From Lingula anatina (lineage: Eukaryota > Animalia > Brachiopoda), in assembly GCA_051362555.1 (NCBI GenBank), contig CM120644.1, positions 20,606,534-20,670,533 of the forward strand: a stretch of DNA of 64,000 nt, in the 5' to 3' direction. The first letter of the stretch is position 1, and each line of letters begins with the position of its first letter. The notes under the pieces are model-generated. The model had not been told where the DNA came from. It saw only the letters and a program-made list of their open reading frames with translations, and did no database searches. Shown piece by piece: positions 26,901-39,419 of this stretch. The position numbers and the translations under genes were made by a program.

Positions 26901-28004
26901 TCGGAAAGTTGACCCCCTCCAAATTGGCTCTAGTCCCTTTAAAAGTACTTTAAAAATCATGGACTCCGTCGCAACTATCGCAATCGGTGGGTCTTAAGGG
27001 TCCGTTAAGGTCCGTCTCAACTAACGCAATCGGAAAGTCGACCCCCTCCAAATTGGCTCCAGTCCCTTTAAAAGTACTTTAAAAATCATGGACTCCGTCG
27101 CAACTATCGCAATCGGTGGGTCTTAAGGGTCCGTTAAGGTCCGTCTCAACAAACGCAATCGGAAAGTCGACTCCCTCCAAAATGGCTCCAGTCCCTTTAA
27201 AAGTACTTCAAAAATCATGGACTCCCTCGCAACTATCGCAATCGGTGGGTGACCGTCTCAACTAACGCCATCGGAAAGTCAACCCCCTCCAAATTGCCTT
27301 TAGTCCATTTAAAAGTACTTTAAAAATCATGGACTCCTTCGCAACTATCACAATCGGTGGGTGTCTGTCTCAAATATCGCAATAGGAAAGTCGACCCACT
27401 CAAAATTGTCTCTTGTGCCTTTAAAAGTACTTTAAAAATCATGGACTCCTTCGCAACTATCACAATCGGTGGGTGTCTGTCTCAAATATCGCAATAGGAA
27501 AGTCGACCCACTCAAAATTGTCTCTTGTGCCTTTAAAAGTACTTTAAAAATCATGGACTCCGTCGCAACTATCGCAATCGGTGCGTCTTAAGGGTCCCTT
27601 AAGGTCCGCCTCAACTAACACAATCGGAAAGTCGACCCCCTCCCAATTGGCTCTAGTCCCTTTAAAAGTACTTTAAAAATCATGGACTCCGTCGCAACTA
27701 TCGCAATCGGTGGGTCTTAAGGGTCCCTTAAGGTCCGTCTCAACTAACGCAATCGTAAAGTCGACCCCCTCCAAATTGGCTCTAGTCCCTTTAAAAGTAC
27801 TTTAAAAATCATGGACTCCGTCACAACTATCGCAATCGGTGGGTCTTAAGGGTCCCTTATGTTCCGTCTCAACTAACGCGATCGGAAAATTGACCCCCCA
27901 AAATTGGTTCTAGTCCCTTGAAAAGTACTTTAAAAATCATGGATGACGTCGCACCTATCGCAATTGGTGGGTCTAAAGGGTCCCTTAAGGTCCGTCTCAC
28001 CTAA
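23999..28004 (-). repeat. 129-bp satellite array, inverted, ~31 monomers (right arm)
   Basis: Reverse complement of the left unit, with arm-specific variants (ggtccgttaagg, cctcaaaattgg). No 1158-bp HOR is present. Confidence 0.99.
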
Positions 28005-28950
28005 TCTGTCCACAAGTAATACAATCTGTCTTTCTGTAATGTCAACATAATCATGGCAGTTTAAAGACAACACTGTGGTACCCCCAGTACTCATACTGGT
28101 GGTACAATAAAATATCAATTCAATATAAAATACAAAAATCATTATCAAAAATGATCACAGGTAGTGATGAATTCAATATATTTTGAATTAATGTGATTAT
28201 AATAAATAAGAAGACATTTTCCGAAGCATAGCCCCTATTTTTGATAAAATAGTCTTTTTTCTGGTCTTGTTCAGCAGAGGATTCTTGAGTCAATTTAAAA
28301 TTGTCACACATCTAAAGAATACAACGTAAAAGAGGCAGGTAGTTGTTAACTAAACAAGTCTTCGCAATGTCTTCTCAAAACTTTAAGGCACTTAAAGGGA
28401 TAATAACTCTTCATATGAGATCTATATTTCACAATAAAAACATGGTAAACAACTCTTAGAAATATAATATATTCTGTGTAGAACAGTTTCATTAGCTATG
28501 TTATCGTAATAGACTTGTGAAGATTCTTTTGTCTATAGCTATTTATATTAGTTTGATCTTACCATCCAATATTTCATCTGCTTGCAGTCAGATTTCATCA
28601 GGGAATGAGGTTGTGACAGGTATGACAACCTGTCACCCCCTCTGGATTCGTTAACCTTTGGTTAGTATAGGAAAATTGTTGTTTACTCCAGGAAAATTAA
28701 TTTTTTGGCCAAAACAGTTATTATCCCTTTAATTATTGCCACTAGTGCAGCACCCATCATGGACACTCACATGTAGATCAAATATAAAGTAGCAAAACTT
28801 ATATGGAAAAAATGAATGACAAAGTCAATCCGTTAATATTGGGTAAAAAAAATTGTTTTATACTTGTTTTAAATAAATAAATAAACATGATGGTGTTGAT
28901 GGGTAGCCATCACATATCCCCCAACTTCCCCACTTATCAAAGATGAAAAG
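28005..28950 (-). other. Unique flank of the right palindrome arm
   Basis: Reverse complement of 916-1850 except for 28478-28642. Confidence 0.9.
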
Positions 28951-31900
28951 ATTCAATTCAATTGATATAAGGAGTTAACAGAAAATAGAAAGTAAAACAA
29001 ATTTAGATTCAAACACCCCCCCCCCCCCCGGGGCAGCCCAACCCCCTGTTTGTTGTACTAAATTTCCAAAACACCCATGCACATCCCTGACAACAGCTTT
29101 ACCAATTACCAAAGTTTCAACTTCCTGTGTCTAATAACCTAGGAGGAGATAGCAGATATTACACTATGAAAAGTATTTAGAATCAACCACACCCCCAGGG
29201 ACAGTCCAACCCCTTTGTACTAAAATTCCAAAATGCCCCTACACATCCCTGACAACAGCTTTACCATCACCAATGTTTAAACTTCCCATAAGTCCAACGA
29301 TCTAGGAGATAGCAGAAATTACACTGTAAAAATAATTTTAAATAAACCAACCCCCCCCCCCCAGGGACACTCCAGCCCCCAGGTATGATAGAATTCTGGA
29401 CCACAAATATGCACATCCCTGAAGATTTTTCAACCAATCACCAAAAATTCAACTTTCCAACTCAATTGATCTAGGAAGAGTTCACAGAAAATACAAAGTA
29501 AAAATAATTCAGATTCAGAAACCCCCCAGGGACATCCCAAACCCCTTATGCACTAAAATTCCAAAATGCCTTTACCCATCCCAGTAGACAGATCTATGAA
29601 TCACTAAAGTTTCAACTACTTAACTCTTATGGTCTGGGAGGAGAGAGTGGAAGTTCCAATGTGAGAAGAATTTATAATCAACCACCCCCCAGGGGCAGTC
29701 CGACCCTATTCTGAAATGCCCATACATATCCTTGACAGATTTACCTTCACCAACATTTCAACCTCCAAAGTCTAATGTTTTAGTAGATAGCAAAAATAAC
29801 AGTCATTAAAATTTAGAATTAACAAACCCTCTCCCCAACCCCCCACCCCCAAGGCAGTCCAACCCCCAGGCATGATTAAATTCTGAAGTGCCAATGCCCA
29901 TCCCTGCAAAAAGTTCAACCAATCATCAAAAATTCAACTATTCAACTCAATTGATATAAGGGAGTTGACAGAAGATAAAAAGTAAAGCAAATTTAGATTC
30001 AAACACCCCCCCCAGGGGCAGCCCAACCCCCTGTTTGTTGTACAAAAATTTCGAAATGCCCATGCACATCCCTGACAACAGCTTTACTAATTACCAAAGT
30101 TTCAACTTCCTATGTCTAATAACCTAGGAGGAGATAGCAGATATTACACTATTAGAAGTATTTAAAATCAGTCACACCCCCTGGGACAGTCCACCCCCTT
30201 TGTACTAAAATTCCTAAATGCCCATACACATCCCTGACAACAGCTTTACCATCACCAATGTTTAAACTTCCCATAAGTCCAACGGTCTGGGAGATTGCAG
30301 AAATTACACTATGAAAATAATTTAAAATAAACCAATCCCCCAGGGACACTCCAGCCCCCAGGCATGATAATATTCTGGACCACCAATATGCACATCCCTG
30401 AAGATTTTTCAACCAATTACCAAAAATTCAACTTCCCAACTCAATTGATCTAGGAAGAGTTCACAGAAAATACAGAGTAAAAATAATTCAGATTCAGAAA
30501 CCCCCCAGGGACAGCCCAAACCCCTAATGCACTAAAATTCCAAAATGACTGTACCCATCCCAGTAGACAGATCTATGAATCACTAAAGTTTCAACTACTT
30601 AACTCTTATGGTCTGGGAGGAGAGAGTGGAAGTTCCAATGTGAGAAGAATTTATAATCAACCACCCCCCAGGGGCAGTCCGACCCTATTCTGAAATGCCC
30701 ATACATATCCTTGACAGATTTACCTTCACCAACATTTCAACCTCCAAAGTCTAGTGTTTTAGTAGATAGCAAAAATAACAGTCATTAAAATTTAGAATTA
30801 ACAAACCCTCTCCCCAACCCCCCACCCCCAAGGCAGTCCAACCCCCAGGCATGATTAAATTCTGAAGTGCCAATGCCCATCCCTGCAAAAAGTTCAACCA
30901 ATCATCAAAAATTCAACTATTCAACTCAATTGATATAAGGGAGTTGACAGAAAATAAAAAGTAAAGCAAATTTAGATTCAAACACCCCCCCCAGGGGCAG
31001 CCCAACCCCCTGTTTGTTGTACTAAAATTTCTAAATGCCCATGCACATCCCTGACAACAGCTTTACTAATTACCAAAGTTTCAACTTCCTATGTCTAATA
31101 ATCTAGGAGGAGATAGCAGATATTACACTATGAGAAGTATTTAAAATCAGTCACACCCCCTGGGACAGTCCACCCCCTTTGTACTAAAATTCCTAAATGC
31201 CCATACACATCCCTGACAACAGCTTTACCATCACCAATGTTTAAACTTCCCATAAGTCCAACGGTCTGGGAGATTGCAGAAATTACACTATGAAAATAAT
31301 TTAAAATAAACCAATCCCCCAGGGACACTCCAGCCCCCAGGCATGATAATATTCTGGACCACCAATATGCACATCCCTGAAGATTTTTCAACCAATTACC
31401 AAAAATTCAACTTCCCAACTCAATTGATCTAGGAAGAGTTCACAGAAAATACAGAGTAAAAATAATTCAGATTCAGAAACCCCCCAGGGACATCCCAAAC
31501 CCCTAATGCACTAAAATTCCAAAATGCCTGTACCCATCCCAGTAGACAGATCTATGAATCACTAAAGTTTCAACTACTTAACTCTTATGGTCTGGGAGGA
31601 GATAGTGGAAGTTCCAATGTGAGAAGAATTTATAATCAACCACCCCCCAGGGGCAGACCGACCCTATTCTGAAATGCCCATACATATCCTTGACAGATTT
31701 ACCTTCACCAACATTTCAACCTCCAAAGTCTAATGTTTTAGTAGATAGCAAAAATAACAGTCATTAAAATTTAGAATTAACAAACCCTCTCCCCAACCCC
31801 CCACCCCCAAGGCAGTCCAACCCCCAGGCATGATTAAATTCTGAAGTGCCAATGCCCATCCCTGCAAAAAGTTCAACCAATCATCAAAAATTCAACTATT

Positions 31901-34900
31901 CAACTCAATTGATATAAGGGAGTTGACAGAAAATAAAAAGTAAAGCAAATTTAGATTCAAACACCCCCCCCCCAGGGGCAGCCCAACCCCCTGTTTGTTG
32001 TACTAAAATTTCGAAATGCCCATGCACATCCCTGACAACAGCTTTACTAATTACCAAAGTTTCAATTAACTTCCTATGTCTAATAATCTAGGAGGAGATA
32101 GCAGATATTACACTATGAGAAGTATTTAAAATCAGTCACACCCCCTGGGACAGTCCACCCCCTTTGTACTAAAATTCCTAAATGCCCATACACATCCCTG
32201 ACAACAGCTTTACCATCACCAATGTTTAAACTTCCCATAAGTCCAACGGTCTGGGAGATTGCAGAAATTACACTATGAAAATAATTTAAAATAAACCAAC
32301 CCCCCAGGGGCACTCCAGCCCCCAGGCATGATAATATTCTGGACCACCAATATGCACATCCCTGAAGATTTTTCAACCAATTACCAAAAATTCAACTTCC
32401 CAACTCAATTGATCTAGGAAGAGTTCACAGAAAATACAGAGTAAAAATAATTCAGATTCAGAAACCCCCCAGGGACAGCCCAAACCCCTAATGCACTAAA
32501 ATTCCAAAATGACTGTACCCATCCCAGTAGACAGATCTATGAATCACTAAAGTTTTAACTACTTAACTCTTATGGTCTGGGAGGAGATAGTGGAAGTTCC
32601 ATGTGAGTAGAATTTATAATCAACCACCCCCCAGGGGCAGTCCGACCCTATTCTGAAATGCCCATACATATCCTTGACAGATTTACCTTCACCAACATTT
32701 CAACCTCCAAAGTCTAATGTTTAAGTAGATAGCAAAAATAACAGTCATTAAAATTTAGAATTAACAAACCCTCTCCCCAACCCCCCACCCCCAAGGCAGT
32801 CCAACCCCCAGGCATGATTAAATTCTGAAGTGCCAATGCCCATCCCTGCAAAAAGTTCAACCAATCATCAAAACTTCAACTATTCAACTCAATTGATATA
32901 AGGGAGTTGACAGAAAATAAAAAGTAAAGCAAATTTAGATTCAAACACCCCCCCAGGGGCAACCCAACCCCCTGTTTGTTGTACTAAAATTTCGAAACGC
33001 CCATGCACATCCCTGACAACAGCTTTACTAATTACCAAAGTTTCAACTTCCTATGTCTAATAATCTAGGAGGAGATAGCAGATATTACACTATGAGAAGT
33101 ATTTAAAATCAGTCACACCCCCTGGGACAGTCCACCCCCTTTGTACTAAAATTCCTAAATGCCCATACACATCCCTGACAACAGCTTTACCATCACCAAT
33201 GTTTAAACTTCCCATAAGTCCAACGGTCTGGGAGATTGCAGAAATTACACTATGAAAATAATTTAAAATAAACCAACCCCCCAGGGGCACTCCAGCACCC
33301 AGGCATGATAATATTCTGGACCACCAATATGCACATCCCTGAAGATTTTTCAACCAATTACCAAAAATTCAACTTCCCAACTCAATTGATCTAGGAAGAG
33401 TTCACAGAAAATGCAGAGTAAAAATAATTCAGATTCAGAAACCCCCCGGGGACAGCCCAAACCCCTAATGCACTAAAATTCCAAAATGACTGTACCCATC
33501 CCAGTAGACAGATCTATGAATCACTAAAGTTTTAACTACTTAACTCTTATGGTCTGGGAGGAGATAGTGGAAGTTCCATGTGAGTAGAATTTATAATCAA
33601 CCACCCCCCAGGGGCAGTCCGACCCTATTCTGAAATGCCCATACATATCCTTGACAGATTTACCTTCACCAACATTTCAACCTCCAAAGTCTAATGTTTT
33701 AGTAGATAGCAAAAATAACAGTCATTAAAATTTAGAATCAACCCCCACCCCCCCAAGACAGTCCAACCCCCAGGCATGATTAAATTCTGAAGCGCCAATG
33801 CCCATCCCTGCAAATAGTTCAACCAATCATCAAAAATTCAACTATTCAACTCAATTGATATAAGGAGTTGACAGAAAATAGAAAGTAAAACAAATTTAGA
33901 TTCAAACACCCCCCCCCCCCAGGGGCAGCCCAACCCCCTGTTTGTTGTACTAAAATTCCAAAATGCCCATGCACATCCCTGGAGACAGTTCAACCAATCA
34001 CCAAAGTTTCAACCTCCTATGTCTAATGGTCTACAGCGGAAAGTACAATATGAAAAATATTCAGGATCTAGCACCCTCCCTCCCCCCAGGGAGCTGTTGC
34101 ACTTAATTTCTGCAATGCCTATGTACATCCCTTACAACAGCTTTACCCATCACCAAACTTTCAACTTCCTAACTCTAGGTCTAGGTCTAGGGGGAGATAG
34201 GACAAATCATAATGTGATAAGAACTCAGAATTAATCAACCACCCCCAGGTGCAGTCCAACCCCCTGTTGCACTAAAACTCAGAAATAGCCCCACACACTC
34301 CTGAAATGTCTTCCAATCACCAAAGTTTCAACTTCCTATGTCTAATGATCTAGGAGGAGATAGAGGAAGTTACAATGAGAAAAGAATTCAGAAACAACCA
34401 CCCCTAGGGACAGCCCAACTATATTGAGTGATGACATTATTGTCAATTTGTTAATCATATGTCGTCAGTTGCAATCTAAACCCATCACTTCAAAAAAAAG
34501 GTGAAACATTTTGCAAGATATGACAGCTCACATTTTCTTTCAGTTGTAAATGACAGCTTACTGACAATGGATGAGGCAAAACAAAGGTATGTTCAGAACA
34601 TAATTTTGCCTTACAAAAGACCAAACTAATGGGAGAAAATCAATTTGTTTCAGAGAGACTGAGTGTCAGAAGTTGGAATGTACAAGGAGAGCCAAGTCAT
34701 GTGGAAATTTAATCATCCACCCCCAGGGGCAACCTCAACCCTAGATATACTAAAATTCCAAAAGGCTTATGCCTTATTCTGATAAAAGGTTGATCAATTT
34801 CCAAAATTCCAATTCTGTAATTTTAATAGTCTAAGAAAAGGTAGTATATTACAATGCAAAAAAACTTAAAATCAACCATCCCTAGGAGCAGCCCCACCCC

Positions 34901-34950
34901 CAGGAATACTAAATTCCTGTTCAATTCAACTAGCCAAAATCTGATCATGC
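28950..34950 (+). repeat. Satellite with ~978-bp HOR of six diverged ~150-173-bp monomers; ~5 HOR copies, then decaying monomers
   Basis: ORF spacing 30152/31128/32113/33090. The cacatccctga-like motif recurs at ~30071, 30233, 30397, 30559, 30709, 30882 and 31049. Each monomer has oligo-C tracts. Confidence 0.95.
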
Positions 34951-35067
34951 TTTGATTTGATCCATTACAATACAAATCATATGAATCTATTACCGTATGG
35001 TTAAAAACCTTTTTTTAATTCACTTCATTGTCAATAAACAACCATTTACTTTTGAAAGATGCCAATA

Positions 35068-35119
35068 TACAATACAATACAATACAATACAATACAATAC
35101 AATACAATTCAATACAATA
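35068..35119. repeat. (ACAAT)n pentanucleotide microsatellite, ~10 units
   Basis: tacaatacaatac... read directly from the sequence. Confidence 0.97.
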
Positions 35120-38066
35120 AATATAATGATGGGCCATCATATCCGGCAAAATTTTCCACGTGTTATTTTAGAGTTCTTCAAACATGTGAGTGTACATTGC
35201 AATCAATAGCATTCAAAACCAATATGTTAGTTTCTTTGCAAAACACTTAGTAAGCCAGTAAATTTTGAGTGACTTACAGTTAAGATAAATCAATATTATA
35301 TTTTATGTGAAACTGTGGCACAATTCTGTAATAAAAAAAAATTAAGTCAGTTTTGTCTAAAAGCTTAGTTTACAAAGATCTGGCCAAGTTGTGTTACACA
35401 AAGAACCTAAAGCTGATCAACAATTAACCAATATATATATTGGCACAAAAATGTATGCATTGGCACTCCTTAAAAATCCATATTAAAATATGTACTGGTA
35501 CTGAATTGCAAAGAAAAACATTCAAGCGCTCTTGCATTCCATGATTGGGCTCGATTTGCTGAATGAACTAATAGTTAACTACACCTAGATTGTTCATGTG
35601 ATAGTACATATAAAAATATTAATATAACTTTTATATGGGAGTGCCAAAGTATAAATTTTCTTGCTAATATTTATAATGCTGTATAGTACTTACTTTCTGT
35701 CTGTGCCTTTACTTGTACCAGTATGGTCAGTGCAGAATTTTAGAAGTGTTGATATGCCTGTGGTGAGATTGTTGTTCATCATCCACAAATCCTTAAGAAG
35801 CCTAATAATGCAGAAATTGTAAAATGGTGAATTTTCATTAGTATGTGTAATTTAGGATTTCTCTTTCTTCTAGACAATGTTTCACACCAAAATAAAATGT
35901 CTTTCAAAATAAGTACACCTCATGTCATGCAAATAACCAGTAGCACAAAAAAAAAAAAAATAAATAAATAAATCATAAATCCTCAACATTATCCTTTTGT
36001 CATAATAACATCTTTCAAAGTTGTGTTTTCAACTTGAAATGATTGTTTTGGTGCCTCTTTTGAAAATAATTCTTGGCAATGCTTTATTTTACTCAGCAGT
36101 TATCAGTTTGAGAAATTTATCCTATGATGCTACAAACTCATATTTGGGAACATTTTTAATGCAGTGGTTTACGTGTGCTACCATTGCTTTGGTAAATATT
36201 GGCAGTTCAGTACCAGGAGTGCTCACAGTGACATGATTCTGATAAGTAGATAAAAAATATGCAGTGGGAAGTGCACTCTATTGGCAACTATAGGTAATAA
36301 ACTCATTAAATTTATCACAAGATCATTTGCCTTATCTTTTAGATAAGTTACATAAATTAATTCTTTGTAAACTGTTTCTTGTCAGTAAAGAATATAATTT
36401 TTGTGTGTGTGTTATCCGGTGTTTGTGATGTATTGTGTCAGTAAAAAATTACAACAGTAAAACTTGATAATTTGACAATGACATACATAAAAAAATTAAT
36501 ACAGTAAAGCCACTGTTATTTATAAACCTTATCTTTGCTTACCGACTTACCATATAATTAAATGATTCTAATAATTTTAACTACTTAATTGCGACTTCAA
36601 GTATAAAAAAAAAAAACAAATATCATAAAATTAATAAATAACCAAATAAATACATAAACCATATACTGGTAATATTATAAATATGCTGCCACCATATATT
36701 AAGGTGCTTTTCTGTAATGAAACAATTAAAAGGTGAAAGGTGGCATTATTATTTGAAAATATATGGAGTATCAAAATAAAATCTTTCATGGTTTATTCAA
36801 TAAAAGAGAGAGGTTATTATCCGCCAGATTCGTCTTATAAATGTCTGAAAGTTGAATTACAGAACGAATGAACTCTGTAATCTAGCTAAATAAACATAAT
36901 ATCTTTTACCTCTGATGTCGTAGAAATGCCACTATGGTGTAAGACTACAGTACTAGTATCGCCGGATTTCTGTCTTTCTCCTGCGACTCACTACTGTCTC
37001 TCTTTGTTTCATACAGCCTCTCTTTGTTTCATATTTCCCGCTCACGCTCGGCAATCGGCAATCCTCGGCCGACTCCGCAAGCTCCATACTAATGTCTATG
37101 GGAGTATATGGGGACTTTACGACATTCGGTTTGAAGGCTTTAACCACTTTTGATAGGGATTTTTTGTATTGTTTTCAATTAATGTGGTAGTCTAAGGTTG
37201 TTCTAGGTGGATTTCAAGTTTATGCACCCGGTTTTAAAATAATTTAGCGATTTTACGACAATCATTTACTATCCAATCAAGGTGACAGCCGAGCGTGTTC
37301 CCGCTCGTGTTCCCGCTAGTGTGTCGCTCGTGTCCCAGATCACTTTTCAAGAGTGCAAAGCTCTAAAAAAAAGTCGATTGTTTTACTGTGCTTTTTGATG
37401 GCCTATCTTTATACACAGATGTATTAAAGTACTTAGTATTTATTAAAGTTAAAAGCAAACTGACATTCACCGCTGTGTTTTGAGAAAGCGTGTTGGGCTT
37501 GTCTTGCTTAGATGCCACTCGAGGTCGTCTGCTTTCTGCTGTCAACAGCTTGTAATTTTAATGTTTAAATGTAGATTTGTTTGAAAAGCACTATATTAGT
37601 TTCAGCCTGGTAAAATTTTAAGTGAACTACTTGAGTTTGAGGAATTTTTATGTAAAATGGGCGTACATCGATGTTGGAACAGCAAAGAGTTGCAGGCGGT
37701 GTCCAGTCTACTCATTTTCCACATTCCAGAGTAGCTGATGTACAGCAAGTGTGAAAGTGTACAGAGGGATCATGCCAACAACGATAAAAGGGTAAGTTTC
37801 GTTAAGCCACAGGGATAGCAAAATTACGTCATTTTTCAGTTTTTGGAATATTTAATTTTATATATGGTGAATGCACGAAAGTGTTCCAGAGTTTTTGATT
37901 TTCGTTATTCTTATTTATTTATTTATTAATTATTTTTTTGAGAGTTTTCTCAAATCGTGTAAATCTGGTGATAAATTTTAAAGAGGTGGGAGTGCTGGTC
38001 GGATTGTACTGAATGGCAAAATCTCATAACTGTAGAGGCTACATCCCTTAATACTGGTATTTCCCT

Positions 38067-38241
38067 GGGGGCCGTAGCGATAGTCCGAAGGTTCAATAGT
38101 CCGAAGCTTCATTGGTCCGAATGTTCACTATAAAACCTTCGGACCAATGAACCCTTGATTAAAAAATCGATGAAAATGTTACCACTTTTCGGACCAATGA
38201 ACCTTCGGACCAATGAACCTTCGGACTATCGAGACGCCCCC
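38067..38241. mobile_element. 175-bp MITE with sub-repeated TIRs and a 7-bp flanking direct repeat
   Basis: Left end gggggccgtagcgatagtccgaaggttca; right end reverse complement gggggcgtctcgatagtccgaaggttca. It contains 15-bp ttcggaccaatgaac subrepeats, and tttccct flanks it at 38060-38066 and 38242-38248. Confidence 0.88.
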
Positions 38242-39327
38242 TTTCCCTGTACCGATTTCGGTACTTTTGTAGTATACCCCCCCACCCTGAAACTTCCTGA
38301 AACTTTCATTTTTCAAACATTTTTTTACATTGTCTTTTTCATCTATGTCAAAACTGTTGAAAAAAAGTTTTTGTAATTACCTGTGGTCTTTTTATTAGTT
38401 TTAATCACGTTTAATCCACCCCATTGAAATACAATGTGAAAATTTACAATGTACCCGCAGTCAAGAACTTGCCGCGTTTTCATTTTTATTTGACCAGTTT
38501 GTTGTCATGACTACAAATTGCTGTCAATCAAGTTACTGGATCAGACCGGAATTCCTTGGTACTAGCAACAGGTTTTGTCAAAACAACACTGTCTCGGAAG
38601 CAAGTGTAATGTATGCATTATCTCATAGAACATTTGGGTTAGGACCACTTAGCAGACTGAGGGGTGTAGTATTCTATTTCCTTTTTTGTTTTTATTTTTT
38701 ATTTATAATTTTAATATCCACGAGTCAATACATTTTCCTTTGCTTATTTCCTTTTAAAAACAATAAGACCCTGGCAGTTACATCTGACATAAATACCCTA
38801 TGAACTATTCTTGACAATGTGGGATAGTTGGGTTTATGCCATGGCTACCCCTCCACACTTTGTCCTGGTAAAGTCCTGGAAAAGTTGTTTTTACAAACAT
38901 ATAACCAAAAGAATTGTAACCAAAAAAATTGCAAGACGTTTGTTTAATTGCCCTTACAGCACCTATGTATTTTAAATTAGAAGTGGCATTATATACCTAT
39001 GTAATTAGAAATAAATTGTCAATAAAAAGAAAAGGAATTAAAAAAAAAAGATTTTGATTGTATATAAAAATGGAAAGAAAGGTATTATAAAAATATGAAA
39101 AGTAAGGGTAACTGTATTCAGTATTACATATTAAAAAAGGGAATTTTTTCAAAATTAAATAATTAAATATATTTTCAATCGACTTTACCACCCCATCAAC
39201 TGAAAATTAACCTGATTGACTTTGTTATTCACTTGCTCTACTTCTATAATAAGGTTTACAAGAAAGTACAGTATGGTACCACAACTCTTTACAACATCTG
39301 CTTAAACTTTTTAAATGAATTATTTAA

Positions 39328-39419
39328 ATTGGGCTAGTGTTTTTTGGTTCGGGCTAGTAAAGTTTGAGAGTCTGCTAGCCCGAAGGGCTAGTGGTCTAAA
39401 AAGTTTTTGGCACAGACTG
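39328..39419. mobile_element. Probable orphan DNA-transposon terminus (hAT-like ...CTG end)
   Basis: Repeated gggctagt motifs and hairpin ctagccc-gaa-gggctag (39375-39391), ending ggcacagactg. No partner end was found. Confidence 0.35.

Larger units (their letters stand above)
1..30109. repeat. Giant imperfect inverted duplication (palindrome), centre ~20413-20525; the left arm runs off the window
   Basis: The reverse complement of 1-59 matches ~30051-30109. Unique flank 916-1850 is mirrored at 28005-28950, and ORFs 1544-1735(+)/28120-28311(-) and 1707-1925(+)/27930-28148(-) are near-identical. Both inner satellites switch strand at ~20.5 kb. Confidence 0.97.

Noticed and set aside
1851-28004. 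CRISPR array
   Set aside because: There are no unique spacers (whole units repeat), no cas genes, and the context is eukaryotic.
1805-28148. Dozens of short ORFs in the 129-bp and 33-bp arrays as current genes
   Set aside because: They are by-products of repeat periodicity, broken by stops, 128-bp monomers and 10-bp slippages. Only the ancestral-frame hypothesis is kept.
28535-28610. Hammerhead ribozyme-like core on the minus strand (CUGAUGA-a-aucug..cagau-GAAA-uauugg..cuaau-AUA)
   Set aside because: Stems II and III can form, but there is an extra A in the core and stem I does not pair next to the cleavage site. An Infernal search with Rfam hammerhead models would settle it.
1-30109. Palindrome as a simple fold-back sequencing or amplification chimera
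   Set aside because: The arms differ in array length, diagnostic variants, a 270-bp deletion and a swapped cassette. An assembly mis-join remains testable with reads.
30152-33353. Four 86-87 aa ORFs (MKNLQGCAYWW...) as a tandem gene family
   Set aside because: They have non-ATG starts, lie wholly inside satellite monomers and show no recognisable domain.
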